DNA of 64,000 nt from a virus (taxonomy: Duplodnaviria; Heunggongvirae; Uroviricota; Caudoviricetes), in the IMG/VR virus record IMGVR_UViG_2651869695_000003. One strand, 5' to 3'. The notes beneath the pieces are model-generated. The model did no database searches. It was not told the origin of the DNA and saw only the letters and a program-made list of their open reading frames with translations. Below, in pieces: positions 20,162 through 31,544 of this stretch (position 1 is the first letter of the stretch; each line of letters opens with the position of its first letter). A program made the translations under genes and the position numbers.

Positions 20162-20586
20162 TGGAACTGTGGCTGACGGTGAACGGTAAACGCACCTGCG
20201 CCAGCGCACCGCTGGATCCGCTGACCCGCGCCGTGGTGATTTCCCTGTTTACCTGGCGGCGGGCGGAGCCTGATGACAATGCCGACGTCCCGATGGGATG
20301 GTGGGGGGATACCTGGCCTGCGGTACAGAATGACCGTTACGGCTCCCGGCTGTGGCTGCTTCAGCGCGGCAAACTGACCAATCAGCTGGTGCAGACGGTA
20401 AGGGGGTATATCCGCGAATGCCTGCAATGGATGATTGATGACGGTGTGGTGTCCCGTATTGATCTGGATATCCGCCGCACCGGGATTAATGAACTGGGTA
20501 ACAGTATCACTCTCTGGCGTCGTGACGGACCGGTAATGATTTCTTTTGATGATCTGTGGAGTGCGATAACGCATGGCGGACAGTGA
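20158..20586 (+). CDS. Baseplate protein (gpW/gp25-like)
   Basis: 142 aa, synteny. Confidence 0.5.
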   Translation: MMELWLTVNGKRTCASAPLDPLTRAVVISLFTWRRAEPDDNADVPMGWWGDTWPAVQNDRYGSRLWLLQRGKLTNQLVQTVRGYIRECLQWMIDDGVVSRIDLDIRRTGINELGNSITLWRRDGPVMISFDDLWSAITHGGQ

Positions 20587-21631
20587 ATTTCAGCGCCCGA
20601 CGCTGGCAGAAAATATCAGTATGCTCCGTAACGATTTATTCGCCAGGCTGGACGTCAGCGACACGCTCCGGCGCATGGATGAAGACGTGCGGGCAAAGGT
20701 GTATGCGGCGGCGCTGCATACGGTTTACGGTTACATCGATTATCTGGCAATGAACATGCTGCCTGACCTGTGCGATGAGTCCTGGCTGGCGAGACATGCT
20801 GCGATGAAACGGTGTCCGCGCAAGGGGGCCACGTCTGCCAGCGGGTATATGCGCTGGGAAGGTGTCAGCGATGGCCTGAAGGTGACCGCCGGGAGTGTTA
20901 TTCAGCGCGATGATCTGGTTCAGTACACGGCAACTTCTGATGCAACCAGCTCAGGTGGAGTCCTGCGCGTGCCGATCGCCTGCTCAACTGCAGGCGCGGT
21001 CGGTAACGCTGACGACGGTACGGCATTAATCCTGGTCACGCCGGTGAATGGTCTGCCGTCTTCCGGTGTGGCAGATACCCTGACTGGCGGATTCGATACT
21101 GAAGATCTGGAAACGTGGCGCGCCCGCGTCATTGAGCGGTATTACTGGACGCCGCAGGGCGGGGCTGACGGGGACTATGTCGTCTGGGCTAAAGAAGTGC
21201 CCGGCATTACCCGCGCATGGACATACCGTCACTGGATGGGAACGGGGACTGTCGGTGTGATGATTGCCGGCAGTGACCTGATTAATCCCATTCCGGAAGA
21301 ATCAACGGAAACGGCGGCAAGACAACATATCGGGCCACTGGCCCCGGTGGCAGGCTCTGATTTGTATGTGTTCAGGCCGGCGGCGCATACGGTGGATTTT
21401 CATATCCGCGTGACGCCGGACACACCAGAAATACGGGCTGCCATTACCGCGGAGTTGCGTTCGTTCCTGCTGCGTGATGGTTATCCGCAGGGAGAACTGA
21501 AGGTATCGCGTATCAGTGAGGCGATTTCCGGTGCGAACGGGGAATACAGCCATCAATTGCTTGCACCGGCGGACAATATCTCCATTGCAAAAAATGAACT
21601 GGCGGTTCTGGGGACGATTTCATGGACGTGA
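20573..21631 (+). CDS. Baseplate J-like protein
   Basis: 352 aa, synteny before tail fibre genes. Confidence 0.65.
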   Translation: MADSEFQRPTLAENISMLRNDLFARLDVSDTLRRMDEDVRAKVYAAALHTVYGYIDYLAMNMLPDLCDESWLARHAAMKRCPRKGATSASGYMRWEGVSDGLKVTAGSVIQRDDLVQYTATSDATSSGGVLRVPIACSTAGAVGNADDGTALILVTPVNGLPSSGVADTLTGGFDTEDLETWRARVIERYYWTPQGGADGDYVVWAKEVPGITRAWTYRHWMGTGTVGVMIAGSDLINPIPEESTETAARQHIGPLAPVAGSDLYVFRPAAHTVDFHIRVTPDTPEIRAAITAELRSFLLRDGYPQGELKVSRISEAISGANGEYSHQLLAPADNISIAKNELAVLGTISWT

Positions 21632-22206
21632 CAAACGATGATTACATCCGTCTGTTGTCGGCACTGCTGCCGCCCGGTCCGGCGTGGTCAGCCAGCGATC
21701 CGGCGATTGCCGGTACGGCACCGTCATTAACCCGTGTTCATCAGCGTGCGGATGCCCTGATGCGGGAGCTGGATCCGCGCACCACCACCGAACTGATAAA
21801 CCGCTGGGAGCGTCTGTGCGGCCTGCCGGATGAATGTATTCCTACAGGGACACAGACCCTTCGCCAGCGCCAGCAACGGCTGGATGCGAAGGTTAACCTG
21901 TCGGGTGGCATCAACGAGGATTTTTATCTTGCACAGCTTGCTGCCCTGGGCAGACCAGATGCTACCATCACGCGATACGACAAAAGCACGTTCACCTGCT
22001 CATCGGCCTGTACTGACGCGGTGAATGCGCCGGAATGGCGGTATTACTGGCAGATCAACATGCCAGCCGCCACCAACACCACCTGGATGACATGTGGCGA
22101 TCCCTGTGATTCCGCACTGCGTATCTGGGGCGACACCGTTGTCGAATGTGTGCTTAACAAACTCTGCCCGTCGCATACCTACGTAATTTTTAAATATCCG
22201 GAGTAA
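21622..22206 (+). CDS. Tail protein (Mu gp48-like)
   Basis: 194 aa immediately upstream of tail fibre. Confidence 0.5.
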   Translation: MDVTNDDYIRLLSALLPPGPAWSASDPAIAGTAPSLTRVHQRADALMRELDPRTTTELINRWERLCGLPDECIPTGTQTLRQRQQRLDAKVNLSGGINEDFYLAQLAALGRPDATITRYDKSTFTCSSACTDAVNAPEWRYYWQINMPAATNTTWMTCGDPCDSALRIWGDTVVECVLNKLCPSHTYVIFKYPE

Positions 22207-22209
22207 TCC

Positions 22210-23193
22210 ATGCATCGTATAGACACGAAAACCGCGCAGAAGGATAAGTTCGGCGCGGGTAAGAACGGTTTTACCCGTGGTAACCCCCAGACCGGCACAC
22301 CTGCCACCGATCTTGATGATGACTACTTTGATATGTTGCAGGAAGAACTCTGCAGCGTGGTGGAGGCATCCGGTGCCAGCCTGGAGAAGGGGCGGCATGA
22401 CCAGCTGCTTACCGCGCTTCGTGCGCTGCTGTTAAGCCGCAAGAATCCGTTTAGCGATATCAAATCGGATGGCACGGTGAAAACGGCTCTCGAAAACCTT
22501 GGTTTGGGAGAAGCCAGATTCTCTGGTCGTTTGTTAAACACGAATATTTTTAAAAGCTCTGGAAAATATATCCCAACACTAGGGACAAAAAAGATAAGGG
22601 TCATTGCCTCTGGTGGCGGTGGCGGCGGCGGTGGGGTTCCTGAAACAACAGAAAATCAGCAGGCAACAGCCGGAGCTGGATTGAGCGGTGCATTTATTGA
22701 AGCATTTTTCGAGGTTGATAATGATTTCGAAGTCAACGTTATTATCGGTGCTGCAGGTAAAGGGGGGGGAGCCGGAAGAAATTCAGGTAGTGAAGGTGGC
22801 ACAACTTATTTCGGTTCCCTGATAACTGCACCGGGTGGTACAGGCGGTGGCGCGGGGGGAGCATCTGCAAACACATCATATATTCAGGGTATTTCATGGG
22901 GTGCCAGTCCGACATCGTCCGGTACTGTACTAAGAGCATTTCGCTGTAGTGCAAAAACACCAGGAGCAATGGTTATCTCTGTTAAAGCTGTTGCAGGTGG
23001 TACCGGGGGGGATACACCACTAGGTTCAGGCGGTATAGGTGGTGCAAGTTCTTCATCATTCAGCGGACGTGGTGGTGGTAAAGCTGAGGGCTTTGGTGCT
23101 GGCGGAGGCGGAGCCTGCGCACCTGCCGGAAGTGAGGCTCAATCGGGAGGTGACGGTGCCCCGGGAATAGTTATTGTTGAGGAGTATGCCTGA
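22210..23193 (+). CDS. Tail fibre protein, variant A (shared N-terminal 102 aa + Gly-rich C-terminal domain)
   Basis: N-terminus identical to 23844..24506 through ...LGLGEA, then unique Gly-rich C-terminus. Confidence 0.7.
   Translation: MHRIDTKTAQKDKFGAGKNGFTRGNPQTGTPATDLDDDYFDMLQEELCSVVEASGASLEKGRHDQLLTALRALLLSRKNPFSDIKSDGTVKTALENLGLGEARFSGRLLNTNIFKSSGKYIPTLGTKKIRVIASGGGGGGGGVPETTENQQATAGAGLSGAFIEAFFEVDNDFEVNVIIGAAGKGGGAGRNSGSEGGTTYFGSLITAPGGTGGGAGGASANTSYIQGISWGASPTSSGTVLRAFRCSAKTPGAMVISVKAVAGGTGGDTPLGSGGIGGASSSSFSGRGGGKAEGFGAGGGGACAPAGSEAQSGGDGAPGIVIVEEYA
22487..22512. other. gix/hix-like 26-bp recombination site (left)
   Basis: CTCTCGAAAACC-TT-GGTTTGGGAGAA: imperfect 12-bp dyad half-sites around a 2-bp core; ends 2 bp before the arms diverge. 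Confidence 0.45.
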
Positions 23194-23456
23194 TGAGTAA
23201 TTTTGCTCTGATTGAACATGGCGTGGTGAAAAATATTATTATCTGGGATGGAGAGGGTGATTTATTCTCTAACTGCGAAATTATAAATATTGATCATATA
23301 GATGCAGGCGTCGGTTGGTTCTATTCTGACGGAGAGTTTATAGCACCACCGGAACCGGAAATGACTGAATATGATGTTGGTAATATCGACGCGGTGATGG
23401 AATCAGATACCAGCACCGCGCCGGACGTCATCTGGCCTGAACTGCCGGAGGCGTAG
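23193..23456 (+). CDS. Tail fibre assembly chaperone A
   Basis: 87-aa acidic ORF directly after fibre A, ending ...WPELPEA. Confidence 0.5.
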   Translation: MSNFALIEHGVVKNIIIWDGEGDLFSNCEIINIDHIDAGVGWFYSDGEFIAPPEPEMTEYDVGNIDAVMESDTSTAPDVIWPELPEA

Positions 23457-23847
23457 GCCATTCAATATCTGGCGCACCGGAAGTATCGACCAGTTCCAGT
23501 GCGTCCAGGTAATCCAGCCACAAATTATATTGCGCCAGTTCCTCACCTTTCAGACGACCAATAGCGGCTTTACCAGGCCATTGCTTACTGTTCATGTATT
23601 CGTTGGCCTGTTCAATAAGTATACTTTTCATTCCCTCCGCTTCAGCTATTTCCTGTTCCTGTGTCTTCGCTGGATATTCAGTAAGTACAGGGTAGTTATC
23701 CGGATTATTGATAATAATTTTCCCCGTACTCTGACCATTCATAAGTTCATAATAAAGAGCATCTTCAATATCGAAAGCATCATCGGGAATATCGCTGTTA
23801 TTTTCAGAGAAAAATCCCTGAACAGATGGGGACCATTTCATTTTCAT
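23428..23847 (-). CDS. Tail fibre assembly protein B (Tfa family)
   Basis: 139 aa; C-terminal region typical of Tfa chaperones; convergent with and overlapping chaperone A by ~29 bp. Confidence 0.7.
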   Translation of the reverse strand: MKMKWSPSVQGFFSENNSDIPDDAFDIEDALYYELMNGQSTGKIIINNPDNYPVLTEYPAKTQEQEIAEAEGMKSILIEQANEYMNSKQWPGKAAIGRLKGEELAQYNLWLDYLDALELVDTSGAPDIEWPTPPAVQAR

Positions 23848-24506
23848 AATTTCCCAATTCCTAAAATGTGGACATCATCAGCCTTACGGGCATTCCAGGT
23901 GACAATTACATCGGTAGAGTGACGATTAACTGAGATTGCATATGCTTCGTTAGTCGAGCCAGAAACTTTTGTAGCAAACACAGCAAACAGGACACCAAAT
24001 GACTGGGGCCATTTATAGCCTGACAGCTGATAATTACCATTATTCAGTGTTACAGCTTTGGCTGCTGCACTTGATGGAATCGTCAGCCACTGAAGTATCA
24101 ACCCTCCTGGCAAAAGTTGTTTTCCGTAATAATCCCTCACCCCACTAAATGAAGCCATGTCCGGTATCTGATTTTCCCCTGTTCCCACATTTCGTTTTGC
24201 CGCTTCTCCCAAACCAAGGTTTTCGAGAGCCGTTTTCACCGTGCCATCCGATTTGATATCGCTAAACGGATTCTTGCGGCTTAACAGCAGCGCACGAAGC
24301 GCGGTAAGCAGCTGGTCATGCCGCCCCTTCTCCAGGCTGGCACCGGATGCCTCCACCACGCTGCAGAGTTCTTCCTGCAACATATCAAAGTAGTCATCAT
24401 CAAGATCGGTGGCAGGTGTGCCGGTCTGGGGGTTACCACGGGTAAAACCGTTCTTACCCGCGCCGAACTTATCCTTCTGCGCGGTTTTCGTGTCTATACG
24501 ATGCAT
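23844..24506 (-). CDS. Tail fibre protein, variant B (shared N-terminal 102 aa + alternative 118-aa C-terminal domain)
   Basis: Same N-terminus as fibre A, diverging exactly at the gix-like site. Confidence 0.7.
   Translation of the reverse strand: MHRIDTKTAQKDKFGAGKNGFTRGNPQTGTPATDLDDDYFDMLQEELCSVVEASGASLEKGRHDQLLTALRALLLSRKNPFSDIKSDGTVKTALENLGLGEAAKRNVGTGENQIPDMASFSGVRDYYGKQLLPGGLILQWLTIPSSAAAKAVTLNNGNYQLSGYKWPQSFGVLFAVFATKVSGSTNEAYAISVNRHSTDVIVTWNARKADDVHILGIGKL
24204..24229. other. gix/hix-like 26-bp recombination site (right, inverted)
   Basis: TTCTCCCAAACC-AA-GGTTTTCGAGAG, reverse complement of the left site. Confidence 0.45.
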
Positions 24507-24509
24507 GGA

Positions 24510-25094
24510 TTACTCCGGATATTTAAAAATTACGTAGGTATGCGACGGGCAGAGTTTGTTAAGCACACATTCGACAACGGTGTCGCCCCAGATACGCAGT
24601 GCGGAATCACAGGGATCGCCACATGTCATCCAGGTGGTGTTGGTGGCGGCTGGCATGTTGATCTGCCAGTAATACCGCCATTCCGGCGCATTCACCGCGT
24701 CAGTACAGGCCGATGAGCAGGTGAACGTGCTTTTGTCGTATCGCGTGATGGTAGCATCTGGTCTGCCCAGGGCAGCAAGCTGTGCAAGATAAAAATCCTC
24801 GTTGATGCCACCCGACAGGTTAACCTTCGCATCCAGCCGTTGCTGGCGCTGGCGAAGGGTCTGTGTCCCTGTAGGAATACATTCATCCGGCAGGCCGCAC
24901 AGACGCTCCCAGCGGTTTATCAGTTCGGTGGTGGTGCGCGGATCCAGCTCCCGCATCAGGGCATCCGCACGCTGATGAACACGGGTTAATGACGGTGCCG
25001 TACCGGCAATCGCCGGATCGCTGGCTGACCACGCCGGACCGGGCGGCAGCAGTGCCGACAACAGACGGATGTAATCATCGTTTGTCACGTCCAT
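24510..25094 (-). CDS. Tail protein (Mu gp48-like), right-arm copy
   Basis: Translation identical to 21622..22206. Confidence 0.5.
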   Translation of the reverse strand: MDVTNDDYIRLLSALLPPGPAWSASDPAIAGTAPSLTRVHQRADALMRELDPRTTTELINRWERLCGLPDECIPTGTQTLRQRQQRLDAKVNLSGGINEDFYLAQLAALGRPDATITRYDKSTFTCSSACTDAVNAPEWRYYWQINMPAATNTTWMTCGDPCDSALRIWGDTVVECVLNKLCPSHTYVIFKYPE

Positions 25095-26143
25095 GAAATC
25101 GTCCCCAGAACCGCCAGTTCATTTTTTGCAATGGAGATATTGTCCGCCGGTGCAAGCAATTGATGGCTGTATTCCCCGTTCGCACCGGAAATCGCCTCAC
25201 TGATACGCGATACCTTCAGTTCTCCCTGCGGATAACCATCACGCAGCAGGAACGAACGCAACTCCGCGGTAATGGCAGCCCGTATTTCTGGTGTGTCCGG
25301 CGTCACGCGGATATGAAAATCCACCGTATGCGCCGCCGGCCTGAACACATACAAATCAGAGCCTGCCACCGGGGCCAGTGGCCCGATATGTTGTCTTGCC
25401 GCCGTTTCCGTTGATTCTTCCGGAATGGGATTAATCAGGTCACTGCCGGCAATCATCACACCGACAGTCCCCGTTCCCATCCAGTGACGGTATGTCCATG
25501 CGCGGGTAATGCCGGGCACTTCTTTAGCCCAGACGACATAGTCCCCGTCAGCCCCGCCCTGCGGCGTCCAGTAATACCGCTCAATGACGCGGGCGCGCCA
25601 CGTTTCCAGATCTTCAGTATCGAATCCGCCAGTCAGGGTATCTGCCACACCGGAAGACGGCAGACCATTCACCGGCGTGACCAGGATTAATGCCGTACCG
25701 TCGTCAGCGTTACCGACCGCGCCTGCAGTTGAGCAGGCGATCGGCACGCGCAGGACTCCACCTGAGCTGGTTGCATCAGAAGTTGCCGTGTACTGAACCA
25801 GATCATCGCGCTGAATAACACTCCCGGCGGTCACCTTCAGGCCATCGCTGACACCTTCCCAGCGCATATACCCGCTGGCAGACGTGGCCCCCTTGCGCGG
25901 ACACCGTTTCATCGCAGCATGTCTCGCCAGCCAGGACTCATCGCACAGGTCAGGCAGCATGTTCATTGCCAGATAATCGATGTAACCGTAAACCGTATGC
26001 AGCGCCGCCGCATACACCTTTGCCCGCACGTCTTCATCCATGCGCCGGAGCGTGTCGCTGACGTCCAGCCTGGCGAATAAATCGTTACGGAGCATACTGA
26101 TATTTTCTGCCAGCGTCGGGCGCTGAAATTCACTGTCCGCCAT
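25085..26143 (-). CDS. Baseplate J-like protein, right-arm copy
   Basis: Translation identical to 20573..21631. Confidence 0.65.
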   Translation of the reverse strand: MADSEFQRPTLAENISMLRNDLFARLDVSDTLRRMDEDVRAKVYAAALHTVYGYIDYLAMNMLPDLCDESWLARHAAMKRCPRKGATSASGYMRWEGVSDGLKVTAGSVIQRDDLVQYTATSDATSSGGVLRVPIACSTAGAVGNADDGTALILVTPVNGLPSSGVADTLTGGFDTEDLETWRARVIERYYWTPQGGADGDYVVWAKEVPGITRAWTYRHWMGTGTVGVMIAGSDLINPIPEESTETAARQHIGPLAPVAGSDLYVFRPAAHTVDFHIRVTPDTPEIRAAITAELRSFLLRDGYPQGELKVSRISEAISGANGEYSHQLLAPADNISIAKNELAVLGTISWT

Positions 26144-26558
26144 GCGTTATCGCACTCCACAGATCATCAAAAGAAATCATTACCGGTCCGTCACGACGCC
26201 AGAGAGTGATACTGTTACCCAGTTCATTAATCCCGGTGCGGCGGATATCCAGATCAATACGGGACACCACACCGTCATCAATCATCCATTGCAGGCATTC
26301 GCGGATATACCCCCTTACCGTCTGCACCAGCTGATTGGTCAGTTTGCCGCGCTGAAGCAGCCACAGCCGGGAGCCGTAACGGTCATTCTGTACCGCAGGC
26401 CAGGTATCCCCCCACCATCCCATCGGGACGTCGGCATTGTCATCAGGCTCCGCCCGCCGCCAGGTAAACAGGGAAATCACCACGGCGCGGGTCAGCGGAT
26501 CCAGCGGTGCGCTGGCGCAGGTGCGTTTACCGTTCACCGTCAGCCACAGTTCCATCAT
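26130..26558 (-). CDS. Baseplate protein (gpW/gp25-like), right-arm copy
   Basis: Translation identical to 20158..20586. Confidence 0.5.
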   Translation of the reverse strand: MMELWLTVNGKRTCASAPLDPLTRAVVISLFTWRRAEPDDNADVPMGWWGDTWPAVQNDRYGSRLWLLQRGKLTNQLVQTVRGYIRECLQWMIDDGVVSRIDLDIRRTGINELGNSITLWRRDGPVMISFDDLWSAITHGGQ

Positions 26559-27103
26559 GCCTCCATCGCTTTATCCGGTTTGTCGGTGTTACTGCCCTGA
26601 CCGTTCTCTCTGTGACAATGGCCGTTATAGGCAAGCCGCATCGCTGACATGGTGGTGCCGCCGGAGTCGCACAGGTCTTTCACCTGTCCGGTCACTTCCA
26701 GGTCCATTTCAAAACGTGCTCTGGGCGCATTGCGAAACGTGATCGTTTTACCTGCACCGTCCACCACGATCCCCTCCCGGGTCAGCGTCACAGACTGCCC
26801 CTGATCGTCATAGACAGCCACCTCACCCGTCTGCAGCCCTTTCAGGCGGTAGCGCCGGTCCGACACCGTAACAACCACCGCATGAGAACGGTCGCCATCC
26901 GGAAACAACACCACCGCTTCCGCACCGCTGTTTGCCCTTGCGGTAAAACCGTAGGGTTCAAGATGTTCAACCCCGGCTTTGGGTTCACCGGCAATCAGGG
27001 ACACATCCACGGTCTGACATTTCGTGGCGGCACTGATGCTTTTCACCACTGCCCGCCCAATCAGGCCGAGAAGTTGTCGCTGCATGGCTTCAATCGTCCT
27101 CAT
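26555..27103 (-). CDS. Baseplate spike / V-like protein, right-arm copy
   Basis: Translation identical to 19613..20161. Confidence 0.55.
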   Translation of the reverse strand: MRTIEAMQRQLLGLIGRAVVKSISAATKCQTVDVSLIAGEPKAGVEHLEPYGFTARANSGAEAVVLFPDGDRSHAVVVTVSDRRYRLKGLQTGEVAVYDDQGQSVTLTREGIVVDGAGKTITFRNAPRARFEMDLEVTGQVKDLCDSGGTTMSAMRLAYNGHCHRENGQGSNTDKPDKAMEA

Positions 27104-28182
27104 CAGAACGGGTCCTCCTGTACTCTGGCTTTTTTCTTTTTCCGCGCGCCGGGGGCTTCAGGTTCAGGCAGATAAGCATCAGGCGGGCCGACACGGATTT
27201 CCGTCAGGGTGCCGTTCTGGTCCTGAGTAAACGTGACTTCCGAAACAAGCAGTTCGGTATTGTCAAAACCACAGACCGGATCAAAGACAATCACCCGCTG
27301 GTTGGGTTGCCACAGCGTACCGTTACCCTGTCGCCAGCCCTGCACCACATAGGTGGTTTCATCCGTCCGCGCCGCCCGTTGCCGGGCTTCAAAGTCAGCA
27401 CGCGCAATACAGCCTGCCCCCGTAGCCTGCCCTGTCTGCCTGATATACATCGGACGGTAACGGGCAATAAATGCGTCCTCTGTGCGGGCCCGCAGCGCGG
27501 TGGTGGTGGCCTCACCGAAATCATCGTCGTTTCCGGCACGCTGCCCCGCCACCTGGTAAACAGAAAACCGGTCCCGGATACTCTTCTCCGTATCACAGGA
27601 AAGGATGTTTTCCCCAAGTACCAGCGCGGTATGTGCCCGCGTTGAGCCAATACCGCCAATCACCAGCCTGCCGTGCGGGTCGTCGTAAGCCAGCGCCTGC
27701 TGCTGACCGAGTATTTTGTTGATTACCTCAATCACCGTTTCACCGTGATCAGGCTGAACATCAGGAATAACACCCGACGGCGCACCGCTGTTCACCACCT
27801 CAATGCCGAAAGGCGCAGCAAGCGCCTGCGCAATCTGCACCAGCGAGCGTCCGTTAAACTGTGTCGGTTCGGCTGCACAGTCAATCAGGTCAGCCGTCAG
27901 ACTACGTCCGGCAATACCGGTGCTGACCGAACGGGCATCGTACCGAACGGGCGTCGCCTCCACCCAGCCGGTGATCACCAGCTCATCACCAATCAGCACT
28001 TCCACTTTTGAACCGTTTTTAATGCGCGGCTGAAGCGTGGTGATACCCTCATCTCCCGGCCACTGGCGAGTGATCTCCACACTGAAATCCCGCGCCAGCC
28101 GTTCAATACCGGCACCGATGCGCACCGATGTCCAGCCATTCCACTCCCGGCCATTTACCCGTAGCGTGACGTTATCGTTCAT
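27103..28182 (-). CDS. Baseplate hub protein, right-arm copy
   Basis: Translation identical to 18534..19613. Confidence 0.55.
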   Translation of the reverse strand: MNDNVTLRVNGREWNGWTSVRIGAGIERLARDFSVEITRQWPGDEGITTLQPRIKNGSKVEVLIGDELVITGWVEATPVRYDARSVSTGIAGRSLTADLIDCAAEPTQFNGRSLVQIAQALAAPFGIEVVNSGAPSGVIPDVQPDHGETVIEVINKILGQQQALAYDDPHGRLVIGGIGSTRAHTALVLGENILSCDTEKSIRDRFSVYQVAGQRAGNDDDFGEATTTALRARTEDAFIARYRPMYIRQTGQATGAGCIARADFEARQRAARTDETTYVVQGWRQGNGTLWQPNQRVIVFDPVCGFDNTELLVSEVTFTQDQNGTLTEIRVGPPDAYLPEPEAPGARKKKKARVQEDPF

Positions 28183-29507
28183 TGCACTGGCACCTTCAGA
28201 GGGATCACCGGCACAAAGCCGGGATGCGTAATGGCATTACGCCGGATAATGTCCGCGTCACGCGCCGCGTTATCAAACCAGGTCGCCGCCAGCACCAGCG
28301 CGGGTAAAACCTCATCCGGCGTGCGCTGAATGATCCGTGCAGACTGTTCAAGGCGCGTGTTGATATCCGCATTCAGATCTGCTTTCACCCGGCGCAGCGC
28401 CAGAAACAGCGCATCACTGGTTGTACGGGACAACTCCTTATCAATTGCCGTATTCAGTGTGTCGCGAATGTCAGTCAGTTCTTCCCACGTCGGCAGGTCA
28501 ACTGTGTTTTTCACCGCCGGTGCATTGTTCAGTGCCGGATGCGTGACGGAAGGCCAGCCAGTGCTCTGCGCAGGTGTTGTTGCCTGCCCCACTGCGGCAT
28601 TCTGCATCACCGCGGAAGTTGTTGGCGCAGGCAATCGGGTGACGGCATACGCCGCTTCGCTGATTGCGGTCGTACGAAGGGTGCTGGCAACCACGTTACG
28701 CTGCTGCGTAGCCGTGGCGGTGGTTTTACTGTCCGTTTTCCAGACGCCGCGCGGTTGCAGATCGCTGCCGAGGCTGACACCGGAAAGCGTTTTGATCATG
28801 GTGACCAGGTCGCTGGCGTTACCATAAAGGCGTTTCCCGGTACGCCACATTTTCTGCACCTGCTCAACGAAATTTTTGCCTGACGATGGCGGCGGCAGAA
28901 GTACCGAGATATCCCCCTGCAACAGCCTGGCGGCATCCGATACGGCAGAATCCACCACTTTCATCGCATCAGAAACATACCCAAGCATTGTGCTGGCATT
29001 ACCGACGACGTCGTTCTGCACAAAATCTGCCACGCCATCGATACTGAAACTACTGAAACTGTCACTGATGCAGTCATCCAGTGCAGAACAGGATGACATC
29101 AGCGTCTGCGCCGTCGCCGCACCTGATGTGGGGTAAGAGAGTTCTCCCGCTTCGACAAACTTCAGGTCAAAGCGGACAATACGCCCTTCACTCTTCGATG
29201 TGCTGACCCGAACCTCTCCGTCAACACAGACTTTCAGCTCACCGTAAGTCGGATGGACAAGCGTGCCGGGACCGGGTTTATTCAGCGCGTCAATCAGGCG
29301 ATCGCGCTGGTCAAAGCAGTCATCTCCCACCACATAAGCCGTGATGGACGGGCGGAAAGTGATTTTCCCCAGGTCTTCGGTATAGGGTTTGTCGCGGTTC
29401 GGGTATTCGTGCGTTTCCACACGACGACCGGTTCCCGCACTTTCTTCTTCAACCTTAAACGGCACACCGCGAAATGACGCGTCCTGAAGTCTGTCTTTCC
29501 ACGTCAT
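28179..29507 (-). CDS. DNA circularisation-like tail protein, right-arm copy
   Basis: Translation identical to 17209..18537. Confidence 0.55.
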   Translation of the reverse strand: MTWKDRLQDASFRGVPFKVEEESAGTGRRVETHEYPNRDKPYTEDLGKITFRPSITAYVVGDDCFDQRDRLIDALNKPGPGTLVHPTYGELKVCVDGEVRVSTSKSEGRIVRFDLKFVEAGELSYPTSGAATAQTLMSSCSALDDCISDSFSSFSIDGVADFVQNDVVGNASTMLGYVSDAMKVVDSAVSDAARLLQGDISVLLPPPSSGKNFVEQVQKMWRTGKRLYGNASDLVTMIKTLSGVSLGSDLQPRGVWKTDSKTTATATQQRNVVASTLRTTAISEAAYAVTRLPAPTTSAVMQNAAVGQATTPAQSTGWPSVTHPALNNAPAVKNTVDLPTWEELTDIRDTLNTAIDKELSRTTSDALFLALRRVKADLNADINTRLEQSARIIQRTPDEVLPALVLAATWFDNAARDADIIRRNAITHPGFVPVIPLKVPVQ

Positions 29508-29567
29508 ATAAACTCCGTACATAAAAAATCCCACCGGAGTGGGACTCATTAACAGATTAATTTTTCA

Positions 29568-31403
29568 TTACCTGCCAAAGCGCGTATAGCCAACATCATG
29601 GCTGACATCAAAACCGCTGGATCGCGTTTCCATAACCCGCATACCCGGAGGCGAATTCACAAAAGAGACCTTGATCTCACCATCAACTTTTGGCGCAGAA
29701 GCTTTGTTAATCATGAAGGGATTCAGGCCTGTGGCATCGGAGGCGTTGTTTGACTGAGCCGGATCTACCGCCGGATAAGGTGTGTATCCCCGCGCCGGTA
29801 TTCCCGTCCCATAAGCATCATAAGCACCCGCGCCCCACTGCGCAGAGTTAATGGCATCGACCGTGTCACCGGAACTGTCGGTAAACCACTCAATAATTGG
29901 CTTCAGCTTGTCCCACATATCCTGAAACCACTTAACAACCGGTCCCCAGTTATTGATCACCATCCCCAGCGGCGACCAGGCAAAAACCTTCTTAAGAAGT
30001 TCCCAGCCAGTCTCAAAATAAGGACCAATGGTTTCCCAGAGTTTCTTAAAATAAGGTCCGACAACATCCCAGTTAGTGATAATTAATCCCGCAGCCAGGG
30101 CTATCGCCGTCGCAATCATGCCAATCGGCGTCATCGACATGATCCTGCTGACAATACTGATGGCACCGCCAACGCCCATCAATCCCAGTTTCAGAATCGC
30201 AAGACCGGCAGCAAGCCCGACGACGCCGCGAATAACCCGGGGATTTTCATCCGCAAACTTCGTGAATTTTTCCCCTAACTCCCCCAGCCATTGCGTGATA
30301 TTTTTAGCGTCACCAGAAAATGCGCCGCCAATAGCCGCAAGGCCGTTAGTTGCGGTCCCCGTCATTGCCTCCCACAGGTTGGACAGCGTACCAAGCTGAG
30401 CCTGAACACGTTTATTCAGGCTGGCCTGTTTATTCATCTTCTGCTGGATCTGATCGTAGCCATCCTTTCCTTTATCGATCAGCGCATTGACCACCTGAAG
30501 GGTTTCGGCATCATCACCAAATATTGCCTTAAGTACACCGGTTCGCTTAACGTCGGTCAGTTTTCGCAGCTTTGCCAGTTGCCTGAACATGTTATCAAGA
30601 CCGCCAAAACTCCCTTTGCCATCAGTAAAATCGAGCTGTACCCCGAGTTTCTGGCGGGCCATGATTTTATTGACGTCCCTGATTTTCTTAACGCTTAATC
30701 CGGACTGGATAACTTTTCGCAGGGCATTACCTGCCGACTCCCCGTTCATCCCCATCTGATCCATCATGACACTGATGGGGGCAAGACTCTGTGCAGCCTG
30801 AAGACCGTCCTTATTCACCATTTTCAGAACAGAACTGGTTTTAGTGAAGAAGGACAACATGTTGGTATCATCAACGCCCAGATAAAACGCCTTCTGGATA
30901 GTGTCGAACAGCCCCATCATGTCTTCTGACGCCGTTCCGGTAGCATCCTGCATCTTTGCAGCAAACTCAGCAGCCGCTTCCGGTGTTTTTTTCAGTTGTA
31001 CCGCAAGATAAGCTGTCGCTTTACCCACACCACCAAGAATGTTTTCTGCCGGGATCCCCTGACGCACCAGCATCTGCATCATGTTCTGGAAATCAGCCGT
31101 TGTACCGGGTAGCTGGTTACCCAGGCCAATAGCCAGTTTATTGATGTCCTGAAAGCTCTTTCCAACCTCGCCGTTCGCATCCATCATGGCGACTTTCAGC
31201 CCGGTGGCGGCGTTTTCCTGATCGGCATAAGATTTCAGGGAAAGCGTCAGACCCGCTGCCAGTCCGCCACCAAGCGCCAGCCCACCCTGTGACGCTTCTT
31301 CCGCCTGGCGTTTAAATCCCCGGATTTTCTTTTGCATTTTCGACAGCGCGGGAGAAAGCCTGTCGACACCGGTGATCAACGCCTTAAGCTCAAATTCAGC
31401 CAT
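29568..31403 (-). CDS. Tail tape measure protein, right-arm copy
   Basis: Translation identical to 15313..17148. Confidence 0.8.
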   Translation of the reverse strand: MAEFELKALITGVDRLSPALSKMQKKIRGFKRQAEEASQGGLALGGGLAAGLTLSLKSYADQENAATGLKVAMMDANGEVGKSFQDINKLAIGLGNQLPGTTADFQNMMQMLVRQGIPAENILGGVGKATAYLAVQLKKTPEAAAEFAAKMQDATGTASEDMMGLFDTIQKAFYLGVDDTNMLSFFTKTSSVLKMVNKDGLQAAQSLAPISVMMDQMGMNGESAGNALRKVIQSGLSVKKIRDVNKIMARQKLGVQLDFTDGKGSFGGLDNMFRQLAKLRKLTDVKRTGVLKAIFGDDAETLQVVNALIDKGKDGYDQIQQKMNKQASLNKRVQAQLGTLSNLWEAMTGTATNGLAAIGGAFSGDAKNITQWLGELGEKFTKFADENPRVIRGVVGLAAGLAILKLGLMGVGGAISIVSRIMSMTPIGMIATAIALAAGLIITNWDVVGPYFKKLWETIGPYFETGWELLKKVFAWSPLGMVINNWGPVVKWFQDMWDKLKPIIEWFTDSSGDTVDAINSAQWGAGAYDAYGTGIPARGYTPYPAVDPAQSNNASDATGLNPFMINKASAPKVDGEIKVSFVNSPPGMRVMETRSSGFDVSHDVGYTRFGR

Positions 31404-31544
31404 GTGTGCGTTTCTCCTGCTCTATCCTGTTTGCCTGACTGACCAGCAAGGGAATTTCACTGATCGGCATATTCAGCAATTCGAAGGGATTAATGCGCCA
31501 GTAACTGGCGCAGTCAAAGAAGCGATCAGTGAGGTATTCAGCCG

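Larger units (their letters stand above)
1..22514. repeat. Left arm of ~22.5-kb inverted duplication (mirror of 24202..46715)
   Basis: Every ORF in this arm has an identical translation on the opposite strand at coordinate 46716-x; DNA spot-checked at the inner junction, identity ends after GGTTTGGGAGAAGC. Confidence 0.9.

Noticed and set aside
22600-23150. GGT/GGC-rich repetitive DNA in tail fibre variant A
   Set aside because: It is coding low complexity (a Gly-rich fibre domain), not an independent repeat element.
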